A stretch of DNA of 63,966 bases, filler included, from Folioceros fuciformis (taxonomy: Eukaryota): assembly GCA_049999805.1 (NCBI GenBank). It is 23 parts of 23 records of this genome, joined end to end, with 100 filler letters (N's around TTAATTAATTAA, not from the genome) between each part and the next. Parts side by side here need not be neighbours in the genome. Positions count along the whole stretch, not along the records: positions 37,144 to 39,380 come from JBNGIO010006606.1; positions 39,481 to 41,420 come from JBNGIO010006607.1; positions 41,521 to 47,097 come from JBNGIO010006608.1; positions 47,198 to 53,494 come from JBNGIO010006609.1; 19 more parts are not named here. One strand, written 5' to 3'. A program made the position numbers and the translations under genes. This document shows positions 37,400-48,111 of this stretch, one piece after another. The notes under the pieces were generated by a model. The model had not been told where the DNA came from and made no database searches. It saw nothing but the letters and a program-made list of their open reading frames with translations. Position 1 is the first letter of the stretch. Each line of letters opens with the position of its first letter.

Positions 37400-38589
37400 C
37401 TACAGTCTGCACTCTTGCATGAACCAAGCCGGTATGATGTCGGATTCATGCGCACACAACATCTTGTGAGTCTTCCTGAGCGTACTCGCCGCCACGTCGC
37501 ATGCCTTGGCAATGATTTCGAGTGAGATGGCTTGGTCATTTGAAATCCTACACACCATGTAGATCACGGCGGCGGCGATGGACGTTGGGGAGCTCGTGGG
37601 GTTGAGTTTTTCAACGGCGCTCAAAGACTCAACCACGGCTCTTGCACTCGTCTTAGGCAGTTGGAGCTTGCAGCAAAACCGCGGTGCAAAATCCCTAGGC
37701 CGCAGAGCTTTGGACGTGCGCGCTGGATTTCCTCGCATGCACGGCTTGTCATGTGCATGCACGTCGCTCGATTCCAGGAGGCCCACCAACTTTTTGATGT
37801 CCCCCCGGACAAGAGCGTAATTGCGGGCACCCAAGAAGTTCTCGTAGATGTCTTGGGCTGACCAAGGAGCGCGTTCTTCTCGACAAGCCACGAACGTGGC
37901 AGCAGCCACGCACATGTCTTCATCGTCGCCCCCTTTTCCCAACCTCACTAGTTCCTTGTACAAGAACTTTGCGCGCACCTGCCTGTTGCTCGGAAGTGCC
38001 ATTCTTTCAGCGAGCTCTGAAATCCTATCGAAAGCGCATCTCATGGTGGTGGCATCGTGATCGGGAGCCAACGCATTCACCCTGCGCATTGTGGATGCAA
38101 TCCCCTTGTCCTTTGCGCGTGTAGTGTCAATGCAAGTGGTTAGCCCACCGTGGTCGAGCAAGCCATCCGTACTCGTGACGTGTCCCACACGCTCCTTTTC
38201 TTGGTGCTCCGTATCATTCTCAAACCTCCTATATTCCGAGGTTTCGTCGATACAACGGTCTCCCAACACCATGCCGCACTCTTTGCAAACGGTGTCTCCC
38301 GTACTGTGGTCGTCAAGGATGTCCGTCTCTTTCTTGCACTGCGGGCATACGAGGCCCGTACTCTCGGCTCTCTGCGGTGGAACAAAAAAAAAAGAAAAAA
38401 AAAAAAAAAAAGGTTTAGTTTCGACGAACTCGAATCATTTCTTGCGAAAGAGCATCGATCCAAATCCAAGGAGACGTAGGTAGGCCAATCACGTACCGGT
38501 GGGAGGCTGCCCTCGCGCTTCGCACGCAAGACCACGGCTTGGCACGTGTGCTTGGGGAGCGTCATGTGAATTCTTGGTGGAGGCCTCAT
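37400..38589 (-). CDS. Divergent TFIIB-like transcription factor (2 exons, about 354 aa)
   Basis: Exon 38589-38497, GT-AG intron, exon 38371-37400. Zinc ribbon CPQC..DHSTGDTVCKECGMVL, IDETSEYRRF, cyclin folds ACREE and SPTSIAAAVIYM. Confidence 0.9.
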
Positions 38590-38708
38590 AGCTAGGTTAT
38601 GGATAGGAGCTACGGGACTTAGCTAAGCTTAGCTTCCTTAACCCGAAGCAAAAAGCACAAGCGTCTGCGCGTTTGGCATTTTGGAAAAGAATGCACACCC
38701 TCCTGCGC

Positions 38709-38715
38709 TTATATA
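38709..38715 (-). promoter_or_regulatory. Candidate TATA box for the TFIIB-like gene
   Basis: GGCTATATAAGCG on minus, about 120 bp upstream of the ATG. Confidence 0.5.
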
Positions 38716-38783
38716 GCCAAAGGTCCACATTAGGAAACACCAAGGGCCAAGGACGGACACGACCGTCCTACATGGTACCCAAC

Positions 38784-38942
38784 TAAGGAACCCCAAGGGC
38801 CAAGGACCTAATTCATTGGGTGCCTGCACCTGGCCGCGAGTGCAACCACCACGCCTCCTTCGTCATAGAGGCTAGGAACCCCAAGGGCCAAGGACCTAAT
38901 TGATGGGACAGGCCTGCACCTGGGCCGCGCGTGCAACCACCG
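38784..38942. repeat. Imperfect tandem repeat (about 88 bp x2, partial third copy near 38732)
   Basis: GGAACCCCAAGGGCCAAGGACCTAATT...GCCTGCACCTGG...GTGCAACCAC occurs twice. Confidence 0.8.
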
Positions 38943-39749
38943 CGTGCGCATGCGCGTGCACGTGCACGGGCACGCCTCTCCCACCGCGGCCGGGGGAAAG
39001 GAAACGTTCGCTAGGTCCGATTCCCGCACCACCGTTTGAAACTACGTCCACCCCCTTTTGTGCGATGTATTGTACGTACAATTCTTTCATCAAGCAAGGT
39101 GGTTCGGGGTTTGCTAAGGTTTGCCAAGAGCATGTTGTTACACTAACGTGGTCCTCCAATCATGGTGGATTGGCGGCACTCATTATGAGTTATGATAGAA
39201 TCTTGAAACCCCGCCGCCAAAAACCGCGGCCATGGAGAGGGGAGTGGGAGATACACCTAGCAGGTCGGGTCGGGTCGATCGCAAGCAAGTGGCCGTGCGC
39301 GTTTACTCCCCGGAGGCGCAACGGCGGCGCTCCTTCCACTATACAGCCTCCCGGCTCCGCACATGGGAGGGTTGAACTTTNNNNNNNNNNNNNNNNNNNN
39401 NNNNNNNNNNNNNNNNNNNNNNNNTTAATTAATTAANNNNNNNNNNNNNNNNNNNNNNNNNNNNNNNNNNNNNNNNNNNNGCCAACTCCCACTCCCTGTC
39501 CATCCAGATCTTCAACGGGGATGGCGCCGACGCCGTCCTCATCGGCCTGCTTCTCTCATGTAGTAAAGATAGGGCTGACCATCCCTATGTTTGTACTAGT
39601 TTTGATGGGCATTAGGGCGTTAGTCCTTCCTTGTAGGAGTCGGTTTGGTTGCAAGCCTTGGGTGAGCAAACAACGGCCTCTTTCTGCGGAAGGCAAAGCG
39701 AAATTCTCGAACACTTGCGATCGCCTTCGGAGAGAAGTGTGCGCGAGCC

Positions 39750-41420
39750 ATGAAGATGAAGGAAGCAGAAGAGTCGGAGGCATCGGTTGCTACACCTCTG
39801 TCGTCTCACAGGTCGGGCAGCTTCGGCCCGGAGAGTGAATTGGACTTCACGGTACAACTCACCGCCGCGGATTCCTCTGACGACATCTTCAAACCTGAGC
39901 CCAAAAAGCTGAAGAAAGCCGACCCAAAAGTGCTGCTGGCACAAACAGAGCAAGAGAACAAATTCATTCAAATAGAGAATGAGCTCTTCAAGCAGCACAT
40001 TATGGTGAGATGTGTTCAATTTGAAATGCTGGATCACACAATAATGTCAGAGCTGGTAGTGTGTTGTAAGAGATGTATTCTACAAGTGATACTGGAAGAC
40101 GGGTGCAATTGTGTCAGCGCGTCTCGGCAAGAGCGGCTCAGGAAGCTCGTCTACGACTAGATGACACGGATTCAGAGGATGGTTACACCATGACCGATTT
40201 AGATTCCGTATCAATATTCAGTCGATCTACGAACAGAAGCAAGGCAATGAGAAGCAGTACTGGGGACCTAGCTCTTGAAGGTGTGAAAAGGTCCAACCTC
40301 ATGTTTAGAAGCCCATCCTTCAGTATCACAGACTTCTCTAGACTGAGCAGAGGATTTTCAAGATCTAGCACTAAAGAGGTGCAAGAGAAACGTTTTCAGC
40401 CTATGACGAATGAGGAAAAGATTCAAATGGCAAGAGCCGAAATACGAATTCTCAACGACCAATTAGAAGCTCTGAAAAACGACAGCAACAGAACCTTTGA
40501 TGATTTGCAAGCTCTTTACAAAGAGGCTGAGATTAGGATCGCAAGGGCACGAAGAGACACAGCGGATTTCCAACGAGATGTGCTCACACCTAGCAGCCCC
40601 AGCAGGAAAGCAATTGCAGAGAATGTTTTGAGGTAGTAGTACTCAATATCAATTTCACATACTAAGGTTCACAATACTTGGAAGATCTTCAATTCACTTA
40701 TCCATGACTCTCTTCATGTTCACTGTATAGATTCTTAGAAAGGAAGATGAAGGATACAACGATCTCTACAAAGAAAACAAAGGAATACAATGAAGCATTG
40801 CAATATAATATCGTGAAGACAGAAAGTTCTCTAGAAGACAAACAAGACATTAAAGATTTAATCCAGGCCATAGACTTTGAACAGATGGTCATTCTTAATA
40901 AGCAAGTTTTGCATAGCCTGAGAAGCTGCGTAGCTGAAATCCAACGTCGCAAACTGATTCTGGCTTCCAATTCCAAGGTGCAGTAGCTTAAGCTTCCAAG
41001 AAGATTGAATACCGACAATGTTGCACCACATATCTAGATAAGTCTTTGCTGTCGTAAGTACAGTAACTCATGTTTCACTCTGATGGCATTCACTTGTGGA
41101 ATTTGTAGACTTTACTAAGTCTAAAGAACGAACTCTCAAGGTTAGATAGTGAGGTGATTAGGATTAGGCACACCATTGCAGATCGTCTTCCTCGTCTGGA
41201 AGATGTAAAAAAGGATGTAAAAAACAACACGATTGCATTAGTAAGTCCAGTTTGCAAGTGATCTTTATCTTCACCTATGTGCATGAGAGAGGGTTCGCCT
41301 TGGTTCTTGATTGACAACATTTTGAATACGGGTGTGAAGATATGTTCTTTAATTTTAGGAAAGACTTCAAGACGAATTGCATCAACTCATCATACAAGAA
41401 ATACATGGTGTGGGCCAACC
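39750..41420 (+). CDS. CCDC113/CFAP263-like flagellar coiled-coil protein (3'-partial)
   Basis: Exons 39750-40004, 40118-40632, 40731-40977, 41109-41240 and 41359-end. Motifs IENELF, MTNEEKIQMARAE, EAEIR..DFQRDV, IAENVLRFLE, IDFEQMVILN. Confidence 0.7.
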
Positions 41421-41520
41421 NNNNNNNNNNNNNNNNNNNNNNNNNNNNNNNNNNNNNNNNNNNNTTAATTAATTAANNNNNNNNNNNNNNNNNNNNNNNN
41501 NNNNNNNNNNNNNNNNNNNN

Positions 41521-42429
41521 GCCAACTCCCACTCCCTGTCCATCCAGATCTTCAACGGGGATGGCGCTGACGCCGTCCTCATCGGCGGGGTGAGCATACC
41601 GTTGCAGGACATCGTGCGCAGCAGGGCGGCTGTGGAGGGGGAGGAATTCATCTCCTGCCAGCTGCTGCGGCCGTCAGGCAGGATCCAGGGGGTGGTGAAC
41701 CTGTCGGTGCAGTTGCTGCCGGTGCAGGATGGCCATAGCCAGGGCCAGCTTTGCTCCGTGAGGGAAGAGCCGGAGCAGGAAGAGGCGGAGCGGGATGATG
41801 GGCAGGAGGCAGCAGCAGCAGCAGCCAGCAGCAGTAACCCTACTAGCTCTCCCCGGGGCCAAATCCAGCAACACCAGCAGCATATGCATCACTTACAGCA
41901 ACAGATGCAGCAGCACCAACATCAGATTGAGTTCATCCAGCAGACCCAACGCCATCAGCAACAGCAGGTACTGGAGCACTCGGATTCCCGGCACCTGGAC
42001 CGCCACCGGCTCGACACCTCTCCGGTCTCCCCCAGTGGGGAGCACGATGGGCAACAACACGGGGAGGATGCATGGGGGGAGCAGCAACAGCAGCAGCACC
42101 ACCGAGGGCTTAGACCTGAAGCAGACGCGGAGTCGAGGCACCCGAGGAGGAGGATGTCTGGGCATTTCTCAGAGGTTGCTCCGGATGCCCTGGACCTGGC
42201 CAACATGGGCGAGCAAGGTCATGCTCCTCTTCCCGAAGGCACAGCACCGGCGTCGTTGGCGACTGGCCCGGCCTTCGATACTGCTGGCACCGGAGACCCG
42301 ACGGGCCTAGGGGTTGGCGTGGGCGTCACCGGTGGCTCCCTCGGGGCTGCTGTTTTGGTTGAGGTGGTGATGGCAGACATTGCAGGCGCCTTGTCTGGAG
42401 GAGACGGGTCAATCGGCCATCTCTTTTGA
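41521..42429 (+). CDS. SRC2-like C2-domain protein with Gln-rich region (5'-partial)
   Basis: LSIQIFN..D..IGGVSIPLQD..SCQLLRPSGRIQGVVNLSV, poly-Q stretches, C-terminal GLGVGVG..GG.LG hydrophobic motif. Confidence 0.78.
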   Translation, partial: ANSHSLSIQIFNGDGADAVLIGGVSIPLQDIVRSRAAVEGEEFISCQLLRPSGRIQGVVNLSVQLLPVQDGHSQGQLCSVREEPEQEEAERDDGQEAAAAAASSSNPTSSPRGQIQQHQQHMHHLQQQMQQHQHQIEFIQQTQRHQQQQVLEHSDSRHLDRHRLDTSPVSPSGEHDGQQHGEDAWGEQQQQQHHRGLRPEADAESRHPRRRMSGHFSEVAPDALDLANMGEQGHAPLPEGTAPASLATGPAFDTAGTGDPTGLGVGVGVTGGSLGAAVLVEVVMADIAGALSGGDGSIGHLF

Positions 42430-42977
42430 CTTGAGGACTTTTTTCTCTTCTTCACGAATTCCATGCGAAGCTTCTTCCTCGTCTGTCCTAAGTCAGACAG
42501 ATGGTGGAATTGCTGCAGATGATTCCTTCCCCTTTGCATCACCCTTCCACCCTGTGTGGTTGGTGAATCTGCCTGGAATCCGGAGGCCAGCCATGGATGG
42601 CGTTCAACCCGTAAGCATCAACCCACAAGGAATAGCATTCCAGACCACGTCGAGACACATCCTTTATTGTTGCAACCTTAAAGAAGCGATTTTGCCCGCT
42701 CGAAAGAATTAGCAGACACAAATGACACGATCAATCACTGCATACAGTAGTAGCCTTCAAGTTCAAAAATCCCTTCCAGCCAGGAAAGTGTTGTGAACAA
42801 AAAAATGCACCGACGAAGAGCGCTTGGCAGCACGCAGCAGAGCTAACTCGCTGATGCCTCAGCTTCTTGAACCAGCACTAACACAGTAACGACTAGGCTG
42901 TTTCCGAATTCTGGTGATGACATGAGTATAGGCTCAAGGTAGTACAATTACGTAGAGCAGAGTAGAGAGACGTCTGC

Positions 42978-44857
42978 TTAGAAGTGGAGTAGGGAAGACA
43001 GCACAGCCGACATGGCTAGGCAGCAGCAGAGTATTGTCCACGCGAGGTCACTGCCAGGGCCTCCTCCGACTGCATTGCTCCGAGAATTCGCAGATCTGCT
43101 GCAAACACAACCCGGTGAGGCAAAGGACTGGTCAGCAAAGAAGGAAGAAAGAAGGAACAGGCGGCGAGGGAATGGCATTCGAAGCGAAGGAGTGGAAGGG
43201 GTGTGTGGAGCAAGAGGGAGTTACCTTCCGGGGTATTTACAGCCACCATAACCTGCGGCCAAAAGAGGTATGGGGGCAGATATTAGCTTGTAACTTCGGC
43301 AAAAGGGAAGAGCATGCTCTCATGACATAACATGACAGAGAAGAGAAGAGAAGGGAAGCAAAGACAAGAGAAGAAAAGAGATGAGAAGGGAGACATGGAG
43401 GGAGGGTGGTCTTACTAGGATCCTGGTAGGTGATGACGGCTGTGCCCCCAAAGTCACAGGTGCCCGGGGCATTGTCGAACATCTGATAGTAGCTGTTGTA
43501 GGCCCAGGAGGCGTGGCTGGCAACAGTGTTGGGAAGGAAACAGTTCCCACTGGGCTGAATCTGCTTGCAGACAGAAGCAGCGATACCACAGGCATAGTCC
43601 AAACCGAACTGCAGGGCCGTGCCGCTCACACCAGACTTGGCAATGCACCAAGAGGTGGCGGATGCGTTGGGGAGGACCCCAGTTCCGGCCCAGTCCAGGG
43701 GATAGACAGCCGTCTGGTTGGGATAGTAGAGCCCCCAGTTCCTGGCAGAAGTAGGCCCAGGCACGGCATCCTCGTTGAAAAGCTCGTAGATCATGACCCC
43801 GATGTCGAGCCCGGGCTTGGTTGGTGTGCCCGTGTTGTTGAGGAGGCGGAGAAGCAGGTTCTGATTGTAGGTCTGCGCGTTGTCCACTGTGATTCCCGTC
43901 TCGGTGCTGTCCCCCACAGACGGCCAGCCCGTGGCCGCCACCACCACGGGGAGGTCGGAGACGTTGGCGGCCGCCAAGGCGTAGTAGAAAGCATCCAACA
44001 CTGCGTCGAACTCGTTGTCGTAGTGCAGCCCGGTGTTGGGGTCGGTGATGCCCACATTGGGGCGGAAGAGGGCGTAGTCGAGCGAGATGACACTGCTGTG
44101 CTGGTAGTCGTTGCTGGGGTAGAGATTGATCATGAGGTAGGAACCGGTGGAGTCGAGGAAGCTGAGGAGGGGAAGCACGAAGTTGGGCAGCAGGGACTGA
44201 TTGAAGCGCGCGTCGTAGGGCGGGAAGGAAGTGCCCAACACCGACACTGAGTGGGGGGTGGAGACCTTCACCACCCCGTCCAGCTTGGCCGCCTGCAACG
44301 CGGTGTGCAGGTTGGTCATGGCCGGCACAAGGTACGGCGCCACCTGAGGCGACTGGAGCTGCGTGAGCACCTCATTCCCCACCGTGATCCCGCTGATGTT
44401 CACCGCCGGAACGTAGGCCAGCACATTGTTCTTCACCCACGCCTGCGCTGTGGAGTTGCTGACGGCGATGCCCAGAATCTCCTGGTCCTGTACCGCAATC
44501 CAGAGAAGGATGTTGGAGCCACCGAAGGCCTGGATGACGGCAGCGTCCGAGTTGAATATCCGGCAGTAGCCAATCCCCAAACCCTTGAGCAAAGCCACTG
44601 CATCTGCCGGTGTCGGCAGGTTGTCCCCCCTCGTCCCGTAATTCACACCCACGAATGCCCCTGCACCAATCCAATCCAATCCGACGCAATGCAATGCGCC
44701 GCAATGCAATCCATCAGCCTTGTCCCTGTCGGGTCACGGGCACGAAGCACAATAAGCACAATCAGGCAGCAAACAGCCCACCTGCTGGGCTGCCTGACCG
44801 CAGCACCCACAAGAGCAGCAAGGCCAAGCGCGCCCACACGCCCCGCCTCCCCACCAT
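42978..44857 (-). CDS. GPI-anchored glucan endo-1,3-beta-glucosidase-like protein (GH17 + X8)
   Basis: Signal exon 44857-44782 (MVGRRGVWARLALLLLW); main exon 44660-43416 (GVNYG, VGNEV, TGWPS, YELFNED, WCIAK..LDYAC..ASWAYNSYY); exons 43252-43225 and 43098-42978 with a hydrophobic GPI tail. Confidence 0.93.
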
Positions 44858-45235
44858 CCCTCCCCCCCTCCCTGCCTCCCTCCTTCCTTCCTTCCTTTCC
44901 CCGACGCGGCCGCTCCGCTCCAAATGCTACTACTCCTTTCCTCCTCCTCCGCCTCCTGCCTGCTGCTGCTGGGAATGCGGGCGTCGTCGTTCCTGCCAAT
45001 GCCAATGCCAATGCCAGTACCAATGCCAATGCGAATGCCAATGCTGCTGAAGCCTCAAGCTCACAGGAGCAGCAGCTGCATCAGGAACGCGCATTCCTTC
45101 ATGGCGCGCTCGGCTGGCGGCACCGGCAGGGCCGTAAAGCAATCGCCCGGGCTCTGCAGGGCCGCCAACGGGCTGATCGCGAAGGGCAGGCCTTCCACGC
45201 CCCACAGATTTTCACCGCCCAGCTGCGTGGCCTGC

Positions 45236-45405
45236 CGTTGCGTTGCGTTGCGTTGCGTTGCGTTGTCTCGCCTCGCCTCGCCTCGCCTCGCCGGGCCTCG
45301 CCTGGCCTCGAGACCCGTCGCCCCGTCTCTCCCCGCCCAACTCTAGCCGGCAACTCGCTCGTGGCGGGGCCAGGCCAGGCCAGGCCAGGCCAGGACAGGC
45401 CAGGG
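45236..45405. repeat. Pentanucleotide microsatellite cluster (CGTTG)n, (CCTCG)n, (CCAGG)n
   Basis: Direct reading, upstream of the GH17 gene. Confidence 0.85.
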
Positions 45406-47244
45406 AGACGTCTCGGGGTAAAAGGGGAGCATGAGTGGGGTGAAAAAGTTGGCGTCCTAGGATTGCGTGCGTGGACAGCATCATACACCAGGAAATGCAG
45501 CACAGTAAATCCTGTCCACCCAGGGTAAACCCAAACGGACAAACTGGAACAAGTACAAACGGGAGTGGCATGTACTGTACATCACATACAGTAGGTTAAG
45601 TTAAGAGCTAATTCGAAATTTTAAAAGGGTCGCAAGGCGTCCCGGGTCCACGTGCAAGGGGGTCCAGAGACGCAGTGGCGGCAGGCCTTAAATGCACACC
45701 GTGTCGTGCGGAAGTGACGTGCATGACAAAGGTACGTTTAAGCCCGGGTGCTTGGCGCCGCCTTGGACGCTGTGCGGGCCCGGGCCTCCTTCTGCCTTCC
45801 ACGTCCCTTCCTCCTTCGCACCACAAACACACTTCCGTATCACCATAATGCGCCCTGCGCAGTCAGGGCATCTCCCCCAATTTTCTCCTCTTTTCAATTC
45901 TTTTCCTTTCTTTTCCATTCTTTTCCATTCTTTTCCTTTCTCTTGTATGCCGTTTGGAGCAGCCATGGAACCAAGGCCGGGCCGGGCCCGGCCAGGCCAG
46001 GCCGCGCCTCTGTCTCCAGAAGATTCCAGGCCTCTGCTCTTCTGCGTTTCACTTTACGCAGCGTGTTATTATTATTATTTCTATTTTTATGTTTCTGACC
46101 ATTATACACACACGAGGGTGTAGGGTGTATGGTGCATGGTGTATGCTTTGGGATGGAGACAGGAGACAGGAGACAGGAGACAGAGAGGGAGGTGCTGTGC
46201 AGCTATGATGCTGGGCGATACAGGCAGGGTCCCTTCTCAACCCCACTGGGCCCGCGGGGCCTTTCCTTTCTTTTCCTTCCCTTCCCTTCTCTTTTCTTTC
46301 CTTTTCCTTTCCTTTCCGACCCTCCCCCTCCCAAACGTACAGTATTGTACATGCACGAAATATGTGTATTCGTATGCGTATGTAGCCCCTGGCGGCAACG
46401 GCTCAATGCAGTGGCCTCTTCAAAATCTCCTCCCTTTCTGGTCCTTGTCCACCCTATTATATTTCTTTCTTCATATTTTTAATGGTAAATTTTCTTTAAA
46501 TCCTAAACTGATAGAACATCATGTACTTTTTCACACTAATGGTGTCTCATGTTTCAATGATTGAATATATTTTATTTTTAGAATATTAAAAGTAAATTTT
46601 ATAAAAAGTCAATCTAAGCACGTTCTTATGTTTCAATATCAAGATATTTTTTTATTGGAATTAGATAATTTATTTAAAAATTGGGTTATGATTTGGTACA
46701 TTATAGGTCAAATTTTAAGAGGCCCCATACAACTTTAAAATAAGCATGGTTTATGATTCGGAGAAGATCTGCATTCTCCAAAGCTAATATATGTACTACA
46801 CAAGGAGTCATGTCGATTACACATCAAACTTAGTAATTACTCATTAAATTAAATTTTTTTTGAAAAACCCCATTATCCAATGTGGAAAGAGAATGAATAG
46901 ATCAAAATGATTCTCACATTTTTTTTGTACATCTTGAATGTATTTGATGGACAAGCATCATATCATACATCTTAACAAGGTTTAATGTCAAACCTTCTTA
47001 GAATTCCTTCTGTGGATAATCATGCAACTAGCATGGACCATTATGAAAATAGTGCTTGTATTTTCTATTATTGAAAAAGAGATGAAAAGAGATGGACNNN
47101 NNNNNNNNNNNNNNNNNNNNNNNNNNNNNNNNNNNNNNNNNTTAATTAATTAANNNNNNNNNNNNNNNNNNNNNNNNNNNNNNNNNNNNNNNNNNNNCTC
47201 TCTCGCCCTCCGGCTCTCACCTCCCGCTACATGCGAACTTAACA

Positions 47245-47257
47245 TGGTATCAGAGCC
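47245..47257 (+). promoter_or_regulatory. Primer binding site (tRNA-iMet)
   Basis: TGGTATCAGAGCC after CA. Confidence 0.92.
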
Positions 47258-47292
47258 ATCTTGGTTCTGATGATTCCTCATCGTCGCTAAGA

Positions 47293-47850
47293 ATGCCTCG
47301 GCGAGGCGGTTCCGCCAACAAGGGGCGCGGATCACATTTCTACAAGTGCGACAACTCGCCCCGCTTTCCTAAGACGGTTCCGGCTGAAATCAACGCCTTG
47401 GCGTATTATCTTGCTGGTGGAGCAGGCTCCCACAGCCCATTCTGGTCCCGCGATCGGGAACGGGCTGAATTGCTTCGGCAATTCTACAGACAGGACCGAA
47501 GCCCTGGCGACCACAAATCGGAGCGGCGGCAGCGACAATTCTACCCCCACCCTGCATTGAATTCCTTCCGCGACCTGCCCAGGGAGGTGCGCCCAGGATA
47601 TTCATTACATGCCAGAGGCGGGGTTCCTGTACGCGCTCCCCACGGCCAATTCAACGACCACTTCGAGGAGACCTCCACCACCTCAGAATCCGTCCACGTT
47701 AGAACTCTTATCAGTGAAATGAAGAACCTAATGGACGGATTGACGATGAAGATCAAGGAATTGGCTGATTACCTGCTTCGATTTGAGATCTCTGCACCCA
47801 GTATCTCGCAGGCATCAGCTCTTCCTGACCACACACATTCCGCTGCCTGA
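47293..47850 (+). CDS. Extra ORF (185 aa) between PBS and gag, unknown function
   Basis: ATG-initiated open frame with a basic N-terminus and an amphipathic helix LISEMKNLMDGLTMKIKELADYL. Confidence 0.45.
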   Translation: MPRRGGSANKGRGSHFYKCDNSPRFPKTVPAEINALAYYLAGGAGSHSPFWSRDRERAELLRQFYRQDRSPGDHKSERRQRQFYPHPALNSFRDLPREVRPGYSLHARGGVPVRAPHGQFNDHFEETSTTSESVHVRTLISEMKNLMDGLTMKIKELADYLLRFEISAPSISQASALPDHTHSAA

Positions 47851-48111
47851 GAGCTGCGAGGCGCGAAGCGCCGCGTTTGCCCTCGCGACTTTTCGGCTTG
47901 TGGAGACAGCTGCCTGAGCGGCATGTCCACGTTGCCGAAGGTGTGAGAGCGAGGCCAGAAACGCCGCGCAACCATAGGTACAGAGTCGCTGTCGTTTGGC
48001 GGTGCCCCATGCCAGCGGACACCTCTAACTGAAAACCCGTTGACTCGAAGGGGAAGGAGAGTTACAGCAGTTAGCAGAGTTGGGTCAGTCATACCTTCGT
48101 CACCCCTGCGT

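Noticed and set aside
43381-45528. Long plus-strand ORFs (289 and 425 aa)
   Set aside because: Antisense shadows of the GC3-rich GH17 gene and microsatellites
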